Source of the DNA: Paracoccaceae bacterium | Lineage (GTDB): Bacteria > Pseudomonadota > Alphaproteobacteria > Rhodobacterales > Rhodobacteraceae | DNA length: 64,000 bases | Direction: 5' to 3' | Assembly (NCBI GenBank): GCA_965116115.1 | Contig: OZ220486.1 | Location: forward strand, 2,144,808 to 2,208,807 | Part shown: one piece after another, positions 31,196 to 40,830 of the stretch | Position numbering within the stretch: position 1 is the first letter of the stretch | Layout of the letters: every line of letters begins with the position of its first letter | The notes under the pieces: model-generated | Database searches by the model: none | What the model was told of the DNA's origin: nothing | The model's input: only the letters and a program-made list of their open reading frames with translations | Translations under genes and position numbers: made by a program

Positions 31196-32277
31196 AAAAT
31201 GCAAGAAAACCGCCGGAGGATCAGGAGTTCGAACTGACGCTTCTTGGTCCCGGTTACGGCGAGAGTATCGTAATGCACGTCGGTGGCGGTGAATGGGTTG
31301 TCGTCGATTCTTTTTTGGACTCTGCTGGAAGGCCCGCAGCGGTGCGATATCTGGAGGAAATCAGCGTCAATCCAGCGGAGTCCGTTGTTCTGATCGTGGC
31401 GACGCATTGGCATGATGACCACATACGCGGGATCGCGCGTCTAGTTACACTGTGTTCAGCAGCTGGATTTTGTTGCGCTGGCGCACTATTTTGCGAGGAG
31501 TTTCTGACACTGGCAGGGGCACTGGAACGCCGACATTTTTCTGCGTCCGGTTCCGGGATGCGCGAGATGCACGATGTGTTTTCTGTGTTTGAGGTGACAG
31601 GGAAGAGGCCAGCGCACGCGATGGCAAACCGTGTCGTGCTTCGAACCGACGCATGCACCGTTTCGTCTCTGTCTTCCAGCGACGCGGTTTTCCAGAGCTT
31701 CTTAAAATCCGTCGAACGCCTAATTCCCGGACGAGGTGCGAACAAGACGCGGATTCCAACCCTTTTTCCCAATCAGGCTGCGGTTGCGCTGCGGGTAAAT
31801 GCCCAACCTGTCTCCTTGTTACTCGGCGCCGACTTGGAGAGAAGCGGCTGGGTAGCAATTTTTGAGGACAAAACACGTCCAGCTGGCCGGGCATCAGTTT
31901 TCAAGGTTCCTCATCATGGCTCGAAGGATGCCGACGAACCGGGAATATGGAAATTTCTGTTGGAACCGGACTCATATGTTGTTCTGACTTCTTGGCGTCG
32001 AGGCAGCCGTGTATTGCCAACGCCACAGGGCACCAGGCGTATTTCAGCCGCTACGGCAAACGCCTATGTGTCGGCTGCGAATACGCAGCCGGTCCGGCGG
32101 GGCCTCAGGCATGCGGAAAGATCAGTGGCGAAGACTTTGCGGGAATCAGGAGTCCAACTCCGTTCGCCTGAATCTCAAGATAGTTCAGTTCGGCTGCGGC
32201 GCCGCTTCGTTTCTGCACGCCCGTGGTCGCTCGAACTACGCGGGGATGCGCGCCACTTAAAGAACTTTGCAGCGTAG
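31192..32277 (+). CDS. Metallo-beta-lactamase-fold hydrolase, ComEC/Rec2-like subtype
   Basis: H-x-H-x-D-H is present as ATHWHDDHIRG. The late motif is FKVPHHGSKDA, as in ComEC-type MBL domains. The ATG at 31192 is coupled to the upstream ORF. The gene ends 7 nt before the methyltransferase ATG. Confidence 0.75.
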   Translation: MKNARKPPEDQEFELTLLGPGYGESIVMHVGGGEWVVVDSFLDSAGRPAAVRYLEEISVNPAESVVLIVATHWHDDHIRGIARLVTLCSAAGFCCAGALFCEEFLTLAGALERRHFSASGSGMREMHDVFSVFEVTGKRPAHAMANRVVLRTDACTVSSLSSSDAVFQSFLKSVERLIPGRGANKTRIPTLFPNQAAVALRVNAQPVSLLLGADLERSGWVAIFEDKTRPAGRASVFKVPHHGSKDADEPGIWKFLLEPDSYVVLTSWRRGSRVLPTPQGTRRISAATANAYVSAANTQPVRRGLRHAERSVAKTLRESGVQLRSPESQDSSVRLRRRFVSARPWSLELRGDARHLKNFAA

Positions 32278-32284
32278 CGCGCCC

Positions 32285-35209
32285 ATGCCGGAAGACCCCC
32301 GTCTGATCGAACGCTGGCTGCCGATTGCGGCACTTGGCGAAGAGAGCACCCGCGAGCGGCGGTCCATGACAGCTTTGCCGCCGACGTACTATCTCCATGT
32401 CTGGTGGGCGCGGCGGCCGTTGGTGGCGTCGCGCGCCGCCGTTCTGGCCTCGCTGCTGCCCGCGGACGCCGACCGAGAGATGTTCATGCATGCGCTGGGG
32501 ATCCATGGGGATCCGGTGGCGGCAAAACGGCGAATCTCGATTGCCACTCGAAAAGGTGAGCGCCTGGGGGCTGCCGCGTACGGATACTCACGTGCCTTTG
32601 GCTATACGCCTAATTTCGAGGACAAGAAATGGGTGTTTTCTTTATTACTTGGAGAAGCAACAGTTCTTGACCCGACAGCAGGTGGCGGCAGCATACCCTT
32701 TGAGGCAGTTCGCCTAGGCTTGAAGGCCATGGCCAACGACCTTAACCCCGTGGCGTCATTAATTGAGCGTGCCACCATCGACTGGCCTAGCAAACATGGG
32801 AGCGAAATCAAGATAGTCTTTGAAGAGCTGGGTATCAAACTTACGGCCACTGTACGAGAGCGGCTGGCCGGAATTTTTCCGTTGGAACCTGAAGAGAATA
32901 CTCGATCTGACGGCTATCTCTGGGCCCGCACGGTCACTTGTCCGTATTGCGCCGGCCTTGTGCCGCTTTCGCCGAACTGGCGTCTGGCACCGGGCGGGAC
33001 AGGGGTGCGATTGCAGCCGGACCTGTCTGCGGGGCCGGGTTCCGAAGGCCGGGAATGTTCGTTTGAGATCGTTGAGAGCGAACGGGATCAGTCGCCGGGC
33101 ACGGTTTTGAAAGGCGCCGGTTCCTGCCCGTATCCGGACTGCGGGCGCGTCATCGACGGCAAGGAGATCAAGCGTCAGGCTCAGGCCGGCCGGATGGGCG
33201 AGCAGCTTTACGCCGTGGTGTACAAGCGGCGCGTGCCGGGCCGGATCCTCAAGTCGGGCAAGCGGGGCAAGGACAAATGGGACCGCGGTTACCGGGCCCC
33301 GCGGCCGGAGGATGACAACAGCGCGGACATCGCCGTCCGGCTGGCCGGCAAACTTCCCGAGTGGGAAGCGTTCGACATGGCGCCGGGGGAGAGGTTTCCG
33401 GAAGTCAGTAATGACGATCGCCCGATACAGTATGGAATGCCGCTCTGGCGCGATCTGTTTTCGCCGCGTCAGCTTCTGTGCCACGGAACCGGCGTCGAGG
33501 TGTTCCGGGAGATGCTGGAGGCCGACCGCCGGGCCGGCAGGCTGACCGATGTCCGCCGGGCGGCCTACGGGTATCTGGCTTTGATGCTTGATAAGCTTTT
33601 GAACTACAATTCCCGCATGACTCGTTGGATATCGCAGCGAGGAGTCATCGCCGGGACATTTGATCGCCATGATTTTGCGTTGAAATGGTCCTACGCGGAA
33701 ATGGCCCCGCTCGTCGCCGGGGTCGGCTACGACTGGGCTGTCGGCCAAACCGCGAAATGCATCAAAGAACTGACGGCGCTTGTCCGTCCGGAAACCGGTA
33801 ACGAGGGCGGCCTGTTTAAAGCCGAGTCTGCCCCGCCCCCGGTCACCGTCTCCTGCAAATCGGGAGACAGCCTTGATCACATAGAGGACGGCAGCATTGA
33901 CGCAGTGGTCATGGATCCGCCCTATTACGACAACGTGATGTATGCTGAGCTTTCGGACTTCTTCTATGTCTGGCTGAAGCGCACCGCCGGGCATGTCTTT
34001 CCCGAACTGTTCCGGCGCGTTTTGACCGACAAGGAGAATGAGGCGGTCGCGAACCCGGCGCGGTTCCGGGGCGGGAAGAACGCGAAGGAAATGGCCGGCC
34101 GCGAATACCGGGAACGCATGGCGTCGATTTTCGCGGAATGCCGCAGGGTATTGAAGCCTGACGGCATCATGACGCTGATGTTCACGCATAAGGCGAAGGG
34201 GGCGTGGGACGCGCTCACCGCGGGCCTGATGGAAGCGGGGTTCGCCGTCACCGCGTCTTGGCCGGTCAACACGGAAGCTGAAGGCAGCCTTCATATCCGG
34301 AATAAGGCGGCAGCCAACAGCACGGTTTTTCTGGTCTGCCGCCCGCGGGCCGCCGCCGGCCCGGAACAGGGTCGCTATTGGGAGGATGTGGAGCCGCGGG
34401 TGGCGCAGGCGGTCCGTGAACGGATCGGGTCGTTTCAGGAAGCCGGGATCGCCGGGGTCGATCTTTATCTGGCCTGTTTCGGCCCGGCGCTGGAAGAATT
34501 TTCCCGCAGTTGGCCGCTCAAACGCGGAACGCCGCGGCAAATGTCCAAAGAACGGCGAAGGAGCAGCAGCGGAAATCGTCCCGAGGATGATCCGGATCCA
34601 TATGCGGTGACGCCGGAGGATGCGCTTGATGCCGCGCGCCGGGAGGTGACGCGCTGGCGGATGGAAAAGCTGACGCGCCTGAAGGTTGACGCCGGTCTTG
34701 ATGCTCCGACCAACTTCTTCGTGCTCGCTTGGGACGCTTTCCGGGCGCCGGTGTTCTCGTACGACGAGGCGTTGCGGCTGGCGCGCGCCGCGGGTGTTGA
34801 TCTTGACCGCGACATCATGGACCGGCTGGCCGGAAAGAAGGGCAGCGACATCGTCATGTGGGACAGCGCCCGGCGCGCGGCGGCGGCGAAGCTCGGCCCC
34901 GCCGACGGTTCACGCGGCATGATCGACGCGCTCCATCACGCCGCCCATACGGCGCGGCGGCGCTCACTGGCCGCTGCCCGGGAGTCGCTGGCCGACGCGA
35001 ATCTGGATCAGGACGCGGGTTTCATCGCGGCGCTGACGGCGGCCCTCGAGGTGCTGCCGGTTTCCAGGTCAATCACGGGCATCGAGCTTCAAGGCGACGC
35101 CGCCGCGTCGGGCGATGACTTCGAGGCGCTCAACAATCTGAGACTGCTGGCCTACAGCGACCGGGTCGCCGAGCCGGAGCAGCTCTCGTTCTGGCGGGAT
35201 GACGAGTAG
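32285..35209 (+). CDS. DUF1156-family DNA methyltransferase (COG1743-like, DPPY motif)
   Basis: N-terminal IERWLPIAALGEES...YYLHVWWARRPLVASRA is the DUF1156 signature. The catalytic motif IV is VVMDPPYYDNVMYAELSDFFYVWLKR. About 974 aa from the ATG at 32285. Confidence 0.85.
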   Translation: MPEDPRLIERWLPIAALGEESTRERRSMTALPPTYYLHVWWARRPLVASRAAVLASLLPADADREMFMHALGIHGDPVAAKRRISIATRKGERLGAAAYGYSRAFGYTPNFEDKKWVFSLLLGEATVLDPTAGGGSIPFEAVRLGLKAMANDLNPVASLIERATIDWPSKHGSEIKIVFEELGIKLTATVRERLAGIFPLEPEENTRSDGYLWARTVTCPYCAGLVPLSPNWRLAPGGTGVRLQPDLSAGPGSEGRECSFEIVESERDQSPGTVLKGAGSCPYPDCGRVIDGKEIKRQAQAGRMGEQLYAVVYKRRVPGRILKSGKRGKDKWDRGYRAPRPEDDNSADIAVRLAGKLPEWEAFDMAPGERFPEVSNDDRPIQYGMPLWRDLFSPRQLLCHGTGVEVFREMLEADRRAGRLTDVRRAAYGYLALMLDKLLNYNSRMTRWISQRGVIAGTFDRHDFALKWSYAEMAPLVAGVGYDWAVGQTAKCIKELTALVRPETGNEGGLFKAESAPPPVTVSCKSGDSLDHIEDGSIDAVVMDPPYYDNVMYAELSDFFYVWLKRTAGHVFPELFRRVLTDKENEAVANPARFRGGKNAKEMAGREYRERMASIFAECRRVLKPDGIMTLMFTHKAKGAWDALTAGLMEAGFAVTASWPVNTEAEGSLHIRNKAAANSTVFLVCRPRAAAGPEQGRYWEDVEPRVAQAVRERIGSFQEAGIAGVDLYLACFGPALEEFSRSWPLKRGTPRQMSKERRRSSSGNRPEDDPDPYAVTPEDALDAARREVTRWRMEKLTRLKVDAGLDAPTNFFVLAWDAFRAPVFSYDEALRLARAAGVDLDRDIMDRLAGKKGSDIVMWDSARRAAAAKLGPADGSRGMIDALHHAAHTARRRSLAAARESLADANLDQDAGFIAALTAALEVLPVSRSITGIELQGDAAASGDDFEALNNLRLLAYSDRVAEPEQLSFWRDDE

Positions 35210-35215
35210 CGCCGC

Positions 35216-38200
35216 ATGTTCCGTGACCGTCCATGGCGCCTCAAATACACGGTCGATGACGGTGATCTCGTTAAGCTTTTCCACATCCCTGCGCTTGAGG
35301 ACGCGGTCCGCTACGACCGGCTGACCGGCTATTTCAACGCTCAGGCGCTCGCGCTCGCGGCGCGCGGCATTGAGGGGCTGGTGCGCAATGATGGAAAGAT
35401 GCGGCTCGTGGCAGGATGCACGCTGGAGCCTGACGAGATCACAGCGATTGAACGAGGCGAGGCCCTCCGCGCCGTGGTGGAGCGGCGCCTTGCAGGCGAA
35501 CCGCTCACTCCGCCCGATCCGGCATCGGCCGGTGCGCTGGAACTTCTGGCGTGGATGGTCGCGCGCGGGTTTCTTGACGTGAAAGTCGCCGTGCCCCGAA
35601 ATGCCTCAGGCGAGCCGGATCCGGAGAGCGGAATTTTCCACGAAAAGTCCGGGATCGTCGAGGACCGGGCCGGCAACCGGCTTGCCTGGACCGGCAGCCT
35701 TAACGAGACCGGCGCTGGCTGGCGGAACAACTGGGAGAGCTTCAGCGTCTATACCAGCTGGGGAGCGGAGCCCGGACGGGTCGATGCGGAGGAGGCGAAC
35801 TTCGCCCGCCTCTGGGCCGGGAGGACGGAGCGCATGTTCGTTCTGGATGTGCCGGAGGCGGTGCGCCGCGACCTGATGCGTTTTATGCCTGAGACCGGCC
35901 TGCCGGCGCGTCTGGAGCGGCAGTCGACGGTTGCGGGCCGAAAACATTCCGCGCCGAAGCCGGAACACCGGCCGGACAACGGCGCGGGAATGCCGGCGTC
36001 GCTGCGCGGACGGGTATGGGCGTTTATCAGGGAAGCGCCGTCGCAGCCGGGCGGGGAGGGGATCGGCGAGGCCACCGCGCCGGTCGTGCCTTGGCCGCAT
36101 CAGGCAAGGGCGTTCGAGCGTTTGTACGGTAACTGGCCGCCCCGGCTCTTGATCGCGGACGAAGTCGGGCTGGGCAAGACCGTTCAGGCCGGACTGCTGT
36201 TACGCCAGGCTTGGCTCGCCCGCCGCGCCGAGCGGATTCTGATTCTCGCTCCGAAGGCCGTGCTCGGCCAGTGGCAGATCGAACTCCGGGAGAAGTTCAA
36301 TCTCAACTGGCCTGTCTACGACGGCGGAAAACTGATATGGTATCCTTCGCCGGCGCTGAAGGGGCGGCATGAACGCGTCGTCGGGCGCGGGGAGTGGCAT
36401 CGCGAGCCGGCTGTGATCGTGTCCAGTCAACTGATGCGCCGGCGCGATCGGGCGAAGGAACTCTTGGAAACGGCGGAGGCGTGGGACTTGGCAGTGCTTG
36501 ACGAGGCGCATCATGCCCGCCGCAAGGCCCCCGGAAGTCAGCAGGAAGGGGGACCGAACACGCTTCTCCGACTTATGCGGGGTCTTAAGGACCGCTCGAA
36601 AAGCCTGCTTCTTCTGACTGCGACGCCAATGCAGGTGCATCCGGTAGAGGTTTGGGACTTGCTTGATCTGCTCGGGTTGCCGCCCGAATGGAACGAACAG
36701 GCGTTTCTCACGTTCTTCGAAGATATCGGGAAGCGGAATCCTTCGAATGATGCCATGGAACGGATGGCGGCGCTGTTCCGCTCTGCCGAGCGTGAATTCA
36801 GCGAAATTGGAACGGAGGATGCGCAGCGTCTGACCCGCCTCTCGCGGCTTAAGGCGAACAAAGTGCTCCGCGCCCTGCGCGATTCCGCCAGCATTCCGCG
36901 CCGCCAACTGGAAACCGGCGAGCGTCAGGCGGCGGTGGCGATCATGCGGTCCGCCGCCCCGGTCCGCCGGCTGATCTCGCGAAACACCCGCGAGCTGCTG
37001 CGGCGTTACTTCCGTGAAGGGATGATTGAGACGCCGATCGCGGAACGCCGGGTTGAAGACCGCTTTCTGGAGATGACGGCCGGCGAACGTGCCGTTTACG
37101 AAGCGGTCGAGGATTACATCGCAGGCGCGTACAGACGGGCGAGCGGCCGGGAACGCACGGCGGTCGGTTTCGTCATGACGATCTACCGCCGTCGGCTGGC
37201 CAGCAGCTTCACGGCGTTGCGCGAAACCCTGCGCAAACGCCGCGATGCCGTCACCGGCGCCGTGCGCATGAACGCCTTCGGTCTCGCGGAGGATCTGCCG
37301 GACGATGAAGCGGCCGACGAAATGATTGACGCCGACAAGGCGGCTGACCTTGAACGCCGATCCCTCGACCGCGAGCATGAGGCGGAAATCGACCGGCTGC
37401 TCGGTGCGGCCGGGAACCTGCCGCCGGACAGCAAACTCGGCGGTCTCAAGGAGGTTCTGCGCGAACTGCGCCGTGCAGGACATGACCGGATGATGGTGTT
37501 TACCCAATACACCGATACCATGGATTTCCTTCGCGACGCGCTCGCGAAGGATGCTGAGTGGGCGCTGCTGTGTTTTTCCGGCCGGGGAGGAGAGGCGCTT
37601 GGGACAGACGGCACATGGCGCGGAATATGCCGGGACGATGCGAAACAGCGTTTCCGGGACGGGCAGGCGGATGTCCTGTTGTGCACCGATGCGGCGGCTG
37701 AGGGCTTGAATTTTCAGTTCTGCGGCGCTGTGGTCAATTACGACATGCCGTGGAACCCCATGCGGGTCGAACAGCGCATCGGGCGCATAGACCGGCTGGG
37801 TCAGAAGCACGAAACCATCCGTATTGTCAACCTGCACTATGAGGGGACAGTCGAGACAGACATCTACCGCGCGCTTCGCGACCGTATCGGCCTGTTTGAA
37901 AAAGTGGTGGGACGTCTGCAGCCGATCCTGGCCCGTTTGCCCGGCGCGATATCGCAGAGCGTGCTCTCGGGGCAGGGCCGGGAAGAGCGCGGGCGCGCCG
38001 GGCTTATCGCCGATATCGAACAAAAAGCGAATGAAGCCCGAGACAGCGCAGGATTTGATATCGATGGCGTGACCGAGGATGACTTGACTATGCCGACGCG
38101 CCCGGAGCCGACCGTAACGATGGAAGATCTGGATCGGATCATCGTATCAGACAGCTTGACAGCGCCCGGGGTCGATGTTCAGGCGATGAGACATCGCGAA

Positions 38201-38398
38201 TACGGACTGCTGGCGCCGGGCATGGACGCACAGTTACGGGTGACTACAGACCGGAAATATTTCGAGGAACACGCGGAGAGCATGGAATTTTGGTCGCCCG
38301 GCAATCCATTGTTCAGCAAATCGGAGCCTGCGGACAAAGCGGAACTGGACCCCGCGCACAAGACGCTGAAGGACATCCTTGATGATGCCGGGCGTTGA
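35216..38398 (+). CDS. PLD-nuclease-domain / SNF2-family helicase fusion
   Basis: An N-terminal HKD-like motif reads GIFHEKSGIVED...SLNET. SNF2 motifs are LIADEVGLGKTVQAG (I), LDEAHHARR (II), LLLTATPMQ (III) and PWNPMRVEQRIGRIDRLGQ (VI). The start is 7 nt after the methyltransferase stop. Confidence 0.85.
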   Translation: MFRDRPWRLKYTVDDGDLVKLFHIPALEDAVRYDRLTGYFNAQALALAARGIEGLVRNDGKMRLVAGCTLEPDEITAIERGEALRAVVERRLAGEPLTPPDPASAGALELLAWMVARGFLDVKVAVPRNASGEPDPESGIFHEKSGIVEDRAGNRLAWTGSLNETGAGWRNNWESFSVYTSWGAEPGRVDAEEANFARLWAGRTERMFVLDVPEAVRRDLMRFMPETGLPARLERQSTVAGRKHSAPKPEHRPDNGAGMPASLRGRVWAFIREAPSQPGGEGIGEATAPVVPWPHQARAFERLYGNWPPRLLIADEVGLGKTVQAGLLLRQAWLARRAERILILAPKAVLGQWQIELREKFNLNWPVYDGGKLIWYPSPALKGRHERVVGRGEWHREPAVIVSSQLMRRRDRAKELLETAEAWDLAVLDEAHHARRKAPGSQQEGGPNTLLRLMRGLKDRSKSLLLLTATPMQVHPVEVWDLLDLLGLPPEWNEQAFLTFFEDIGKRNPSNDAMERMAALFRSAEREFSEIGTEDAQRLTRLSRLKANKVLRALRDSASIPRRQLETGERQAAVAIMRSAAPVRRLISRNTRELLRRYFREGMIETPIAERRVEDRFLEMTAGERAVYEAVEDYIAGAYRRASGRERTAVGFVMTIYRRRLASSFTALRETLRKRRDAVTGAVRMNAFGLAEDLPDDEAADEMIDADKAADLERRSLDREHEAEIDRLLGAAGNLPPDSKLGGLKEVLRELRRAGHDRMMVFTQYTDTMDFLRDALAKDAEWALLCFSGRGGEALGTDGTWRGICRDDAKQRFRDGQADVLLCTDAAAEGLNFQFCGAVVNYDMPWNPMRVEQRIGRIDRLGQKHETIRIVNLHYEGTVETDIYRALRDRIGLFEKVVGRLQPILARLPGAISQSVLSGQGREERGRAGLIADIEQKANEARDSAGFDIDGVTEDDLTMPTRPEPTVTMEDLDRIIVSDSLTAPGVDVQAMRHREYGLLAPGMDAQLRVTTDRKYFEEHAESMEFWSPGNPLFSKSEPADKAELDPAHKTLKDILDDAGR

Positions 38399-38919
38399 GC
38401 GGCAGGCTGCTGGAACAGACGGCGCATGAATGGCGAAGACGCTTATGAAACGACGGTCAGGAGGATGGCGGCAGCCGCGCTGTTTTTGTTCCGGCTGTCA
38501 GCTTGATTTACCGGGGCCACACTGAAGCGCGTCGTCAAGAGTAACTTGTCAGCCTCTCTGTCGGAAGGCAGGTTGTCGCAGATGCCCCGCAAATGCGTTT
38601 CCGAAGACCGTCGATCGTGAACAACAGGGCTGAAATTCGGCGCATGCGCACTCAGGCCGCGGATTCAGCGGCAGCCGGATCAGTTCGATTCTTCTATGCG
38701 GCCCTTCGGCGGTATCAACAGGGGGCTGCCGGAGTTCTTATCACCGCTCAGAGGCCGTTCAGGCTCATCCCCTCGGGCCGCCGCCGGGTAGTGAAGCATT
38801 CCAATAGCAGCCGTCGCGTTCGGCAATACGACAACATAAGCAGATGCCGCATCTTTATGATGTGGATTGATGGAAAGGCGAGACATGCTGAACGGCCAGC
38901 GACATGATTGTCGAAGATC

Positions 38920-39200
38920 AACGCGCATCCGCGCTGAACTGCTGCGGCAATGACGGAAGACTCGCCTGCGCTGAGCCATCCAGTGGCAGACAAGAAGGCG
39001 AAAAAGCGGCGTTATTCAGCGGCTTCAACGAAAACGATACAAGTTCCCCGGAATCAAATGCAAGGCGAAGCGGCGTTTCTGGTTGAAATATCGATTCCGA
39101 TGCTTCGCCGGCGACATGGTCGGCGATCAGAAATGCGCGGGAATGGTCCTCGATCAGATTGATCTTGTCCATGCGCAGGAAATTGATCATGCCCCGTTGA
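38920..39200 (+). mobile_element. Fragment of the 5' part of the second-type IS256 element (related to 19170..19420)
   Basis: About 70-75% nucleotide similarity by eye to 19170..19420 (gaagactcgcctgcgc...ccccggaatcaaatgcaa...cttcgccggcgacatgg). No transposase body follows. Confidence 0.45.
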
Positions 39201-39307
39201 TAAATGGATTGCGCTTCGGGCGATTCGCTGTCATGATCATTTTAAAGAGCGCCGGAACAGGTATCCTTTCATCTCCGGAATGGAATCTCGGCGGATGACA
39301 AGAAGGA

Positions 39308-39643
39308 ATGGACATAGTGGCTGATCTTGAGATCATTCTGGCAATCTTGGGCGTAGGGGCAGCGCTGGCGGCGCTGACGATATCTCAGAATGCGGCACGG
39401 GCGCGGGAAAACGCAGAACTCCGCAGGGAGATCGGCGACGTCCGCAAAGAAATTGTTGATGTCCGCAAAGAAATTGTTGATGTCCGCAAGGAGGCCGGGG
39501 ATTTCCGCAAGGAGATGCATGATCAGCTTGGACACATCCGGGAGCGGCTCGCCCGTCTTGAAGGAATCATCGACATCATCCGCACCGGCATGCAGCTGCC
39601 CAAGCCGGATCCGGCCGACGGCAGCCCTGACAGAACTTCCTGA
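39308..39643 (+). CDS. Small membrane-anchored coiled-coil protein with heptad tandem repeats
   Basis: N-terminal hydrophobic helix LEIILAILGVGAALAALTI, followed by VRKEIVD VRKEIVD VRKEAGD FRKEMHD. Confidence 0.5.
   Translation: MDIVADLEIILAILGVGAALAALTISQNAARARENAELRREIGDVRKEIVDVRKEIVDVRKEAGDFRKEMHDQLGHIRERLARLEGIIDIIRTGMQLPKPDPADGSPDRTS
39440..39523 (+). repeat. 21-bp tandem repeat x4 (two perfect copies, two degenerate), coding heptads
   Basis: gtccgcaaagaaattgttgat occurs at 39440 and again at 39461, followed by gtccgcaaggaggccggggat and ttccgcaaggagatgcatgat. Confidence 0.85.
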
Positions 39644-39909
39644 GTCGAGCCCGCTGCCCGCCCGTGCGAACCGGGCCGCGGGTTTCAGGGATCGGCCGCC
39701 TCGCGTTTCGCCCGCCGGAGCCTGAGCGGGAGCGGCGTAACGCCGCCGTTCCGTGCGGTTTTTCAGTTGAAGCGGGACGGCCGGCAACAGGGCGCCGCCG
39801 TTGCTGATTGACGTGTCGTACGCGCCGTAGGTTCAGACTTTCCAATTTGTCTCCTGCGTCCTGAATGGATGCTGGGATCAAGATCCGTATTAACTCAGCG
39901 AGTAGGAAC

Positions 39910-40830
39910 ATGACGAAAATATGCGCAGGCTTGGATATCAGCAAGGAGATCATCGACGTGCATGCCGCTGGCGTCGACCGCCGGTTCAGAAACGACCGTT
40001 CGGGCTTCCGCGCGATAGACGAGTTTCTGAAAAAGCATGCGGTACAGCGGGTCATCATCGAAGCGACCGGACGGCTGCACCGGAAGATTCATCCTTCGCT
40101 GCATGGCAAGGGTTACGAAGTCTGCATCATCACCCCGCTCCAGGCACGGCGCTTCGCCGAAGAGACCGGCCAGCTGGTTAAGGCCGACAAGGCGGATGCC
40201 AAGATGCTCGCGGCCTTTGCGACGGCCTTCACCGATCTTCCTGCGACGCAGCTGAAATCCGGGTTTCTCAGCCGTCTCAATGATTTAACAGCCGCTCACC
40301 GGCACTTGGTTGAAACCGCTGAAGAAATACGTCAGTGCCGCGATGATATCCAGCACGCGTCAGCTAAGGAAGGCTTAGATGAAATAATCAAAATTGCTGA
40401 GCAGCAAAAGGAAGTTCTCGAAAATGAAATTGAGGAGCATATCAAGAGCGATCCCGATTAGACCAGCGCTTATCTCATCCTGGTGTCCGTTTCCGGCCGC
40501 CGCTCTGCTTTGCCGGTGCCTGAACTTGAGTGGATCGACAGGCGGCGGTGCTCGCCGGGACTGCCCCGTTCGACCGCGACAGCGGCGCGAAGAAAGGTGC
40601 GCCGTGCGTTCAGAACGGACGTTCCGCTCGAGGCATGCGCTCTGCATGGCGGCTGCAGCGGCTGTGCGCTTCAATGAAGGTATGTCCGAATTCTACGGTT
40701 GGCTTATCGAGCGGGGGAAATTTCATAAGGTCGCTCTTATCGCCGTCATGCGCAAGCCGGCAGTCCTGGTGAGCACGCTGCTGCGCGGCCGGCGCACTTG
40801 GAAGAAACGGAATCCGTCCGCGTCAAGAAC
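39910..40830 (+). pseudogene. IS110-family transposase, multiple frameshifts in the C-terminal half
   Basis: The N-terminus MTKICAGLDISKEIIDVHAAG...VIIEATGRLHRK...KADKADAKMLAAFA is intact to 40461. C-terminal motifs are scattered over other frames (AGTAPFDRDSGAKKG; FYGWLIERGKFHKVALIAVMRKPAVL). Confidence 0.7.

Noticed and set aside
32759-34540. 593-aa ORF antisense to the DUF1156 methyltransferase, and similarly the 607-aa ORF 36200..38023 antisense to the SNF2 helicase
   Set aside because: The composition is Arg/Pro/Gly/Ala-rich and no motifs are present. These are typical shadow ORFs of high-GC coding DNA. The sense-strand proteins carry clear family signatures.
39440-39523. Tandem 21-bp repeats (also 57520..57610) considered as a possible CRISPR or other non-coding array
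   Set aside because: There are no spacers. The period is 21 nt (exactly 7 codons) inside open reading frames, so these are coiled-coil heptad repeats. No CRISPR array exists in the window.
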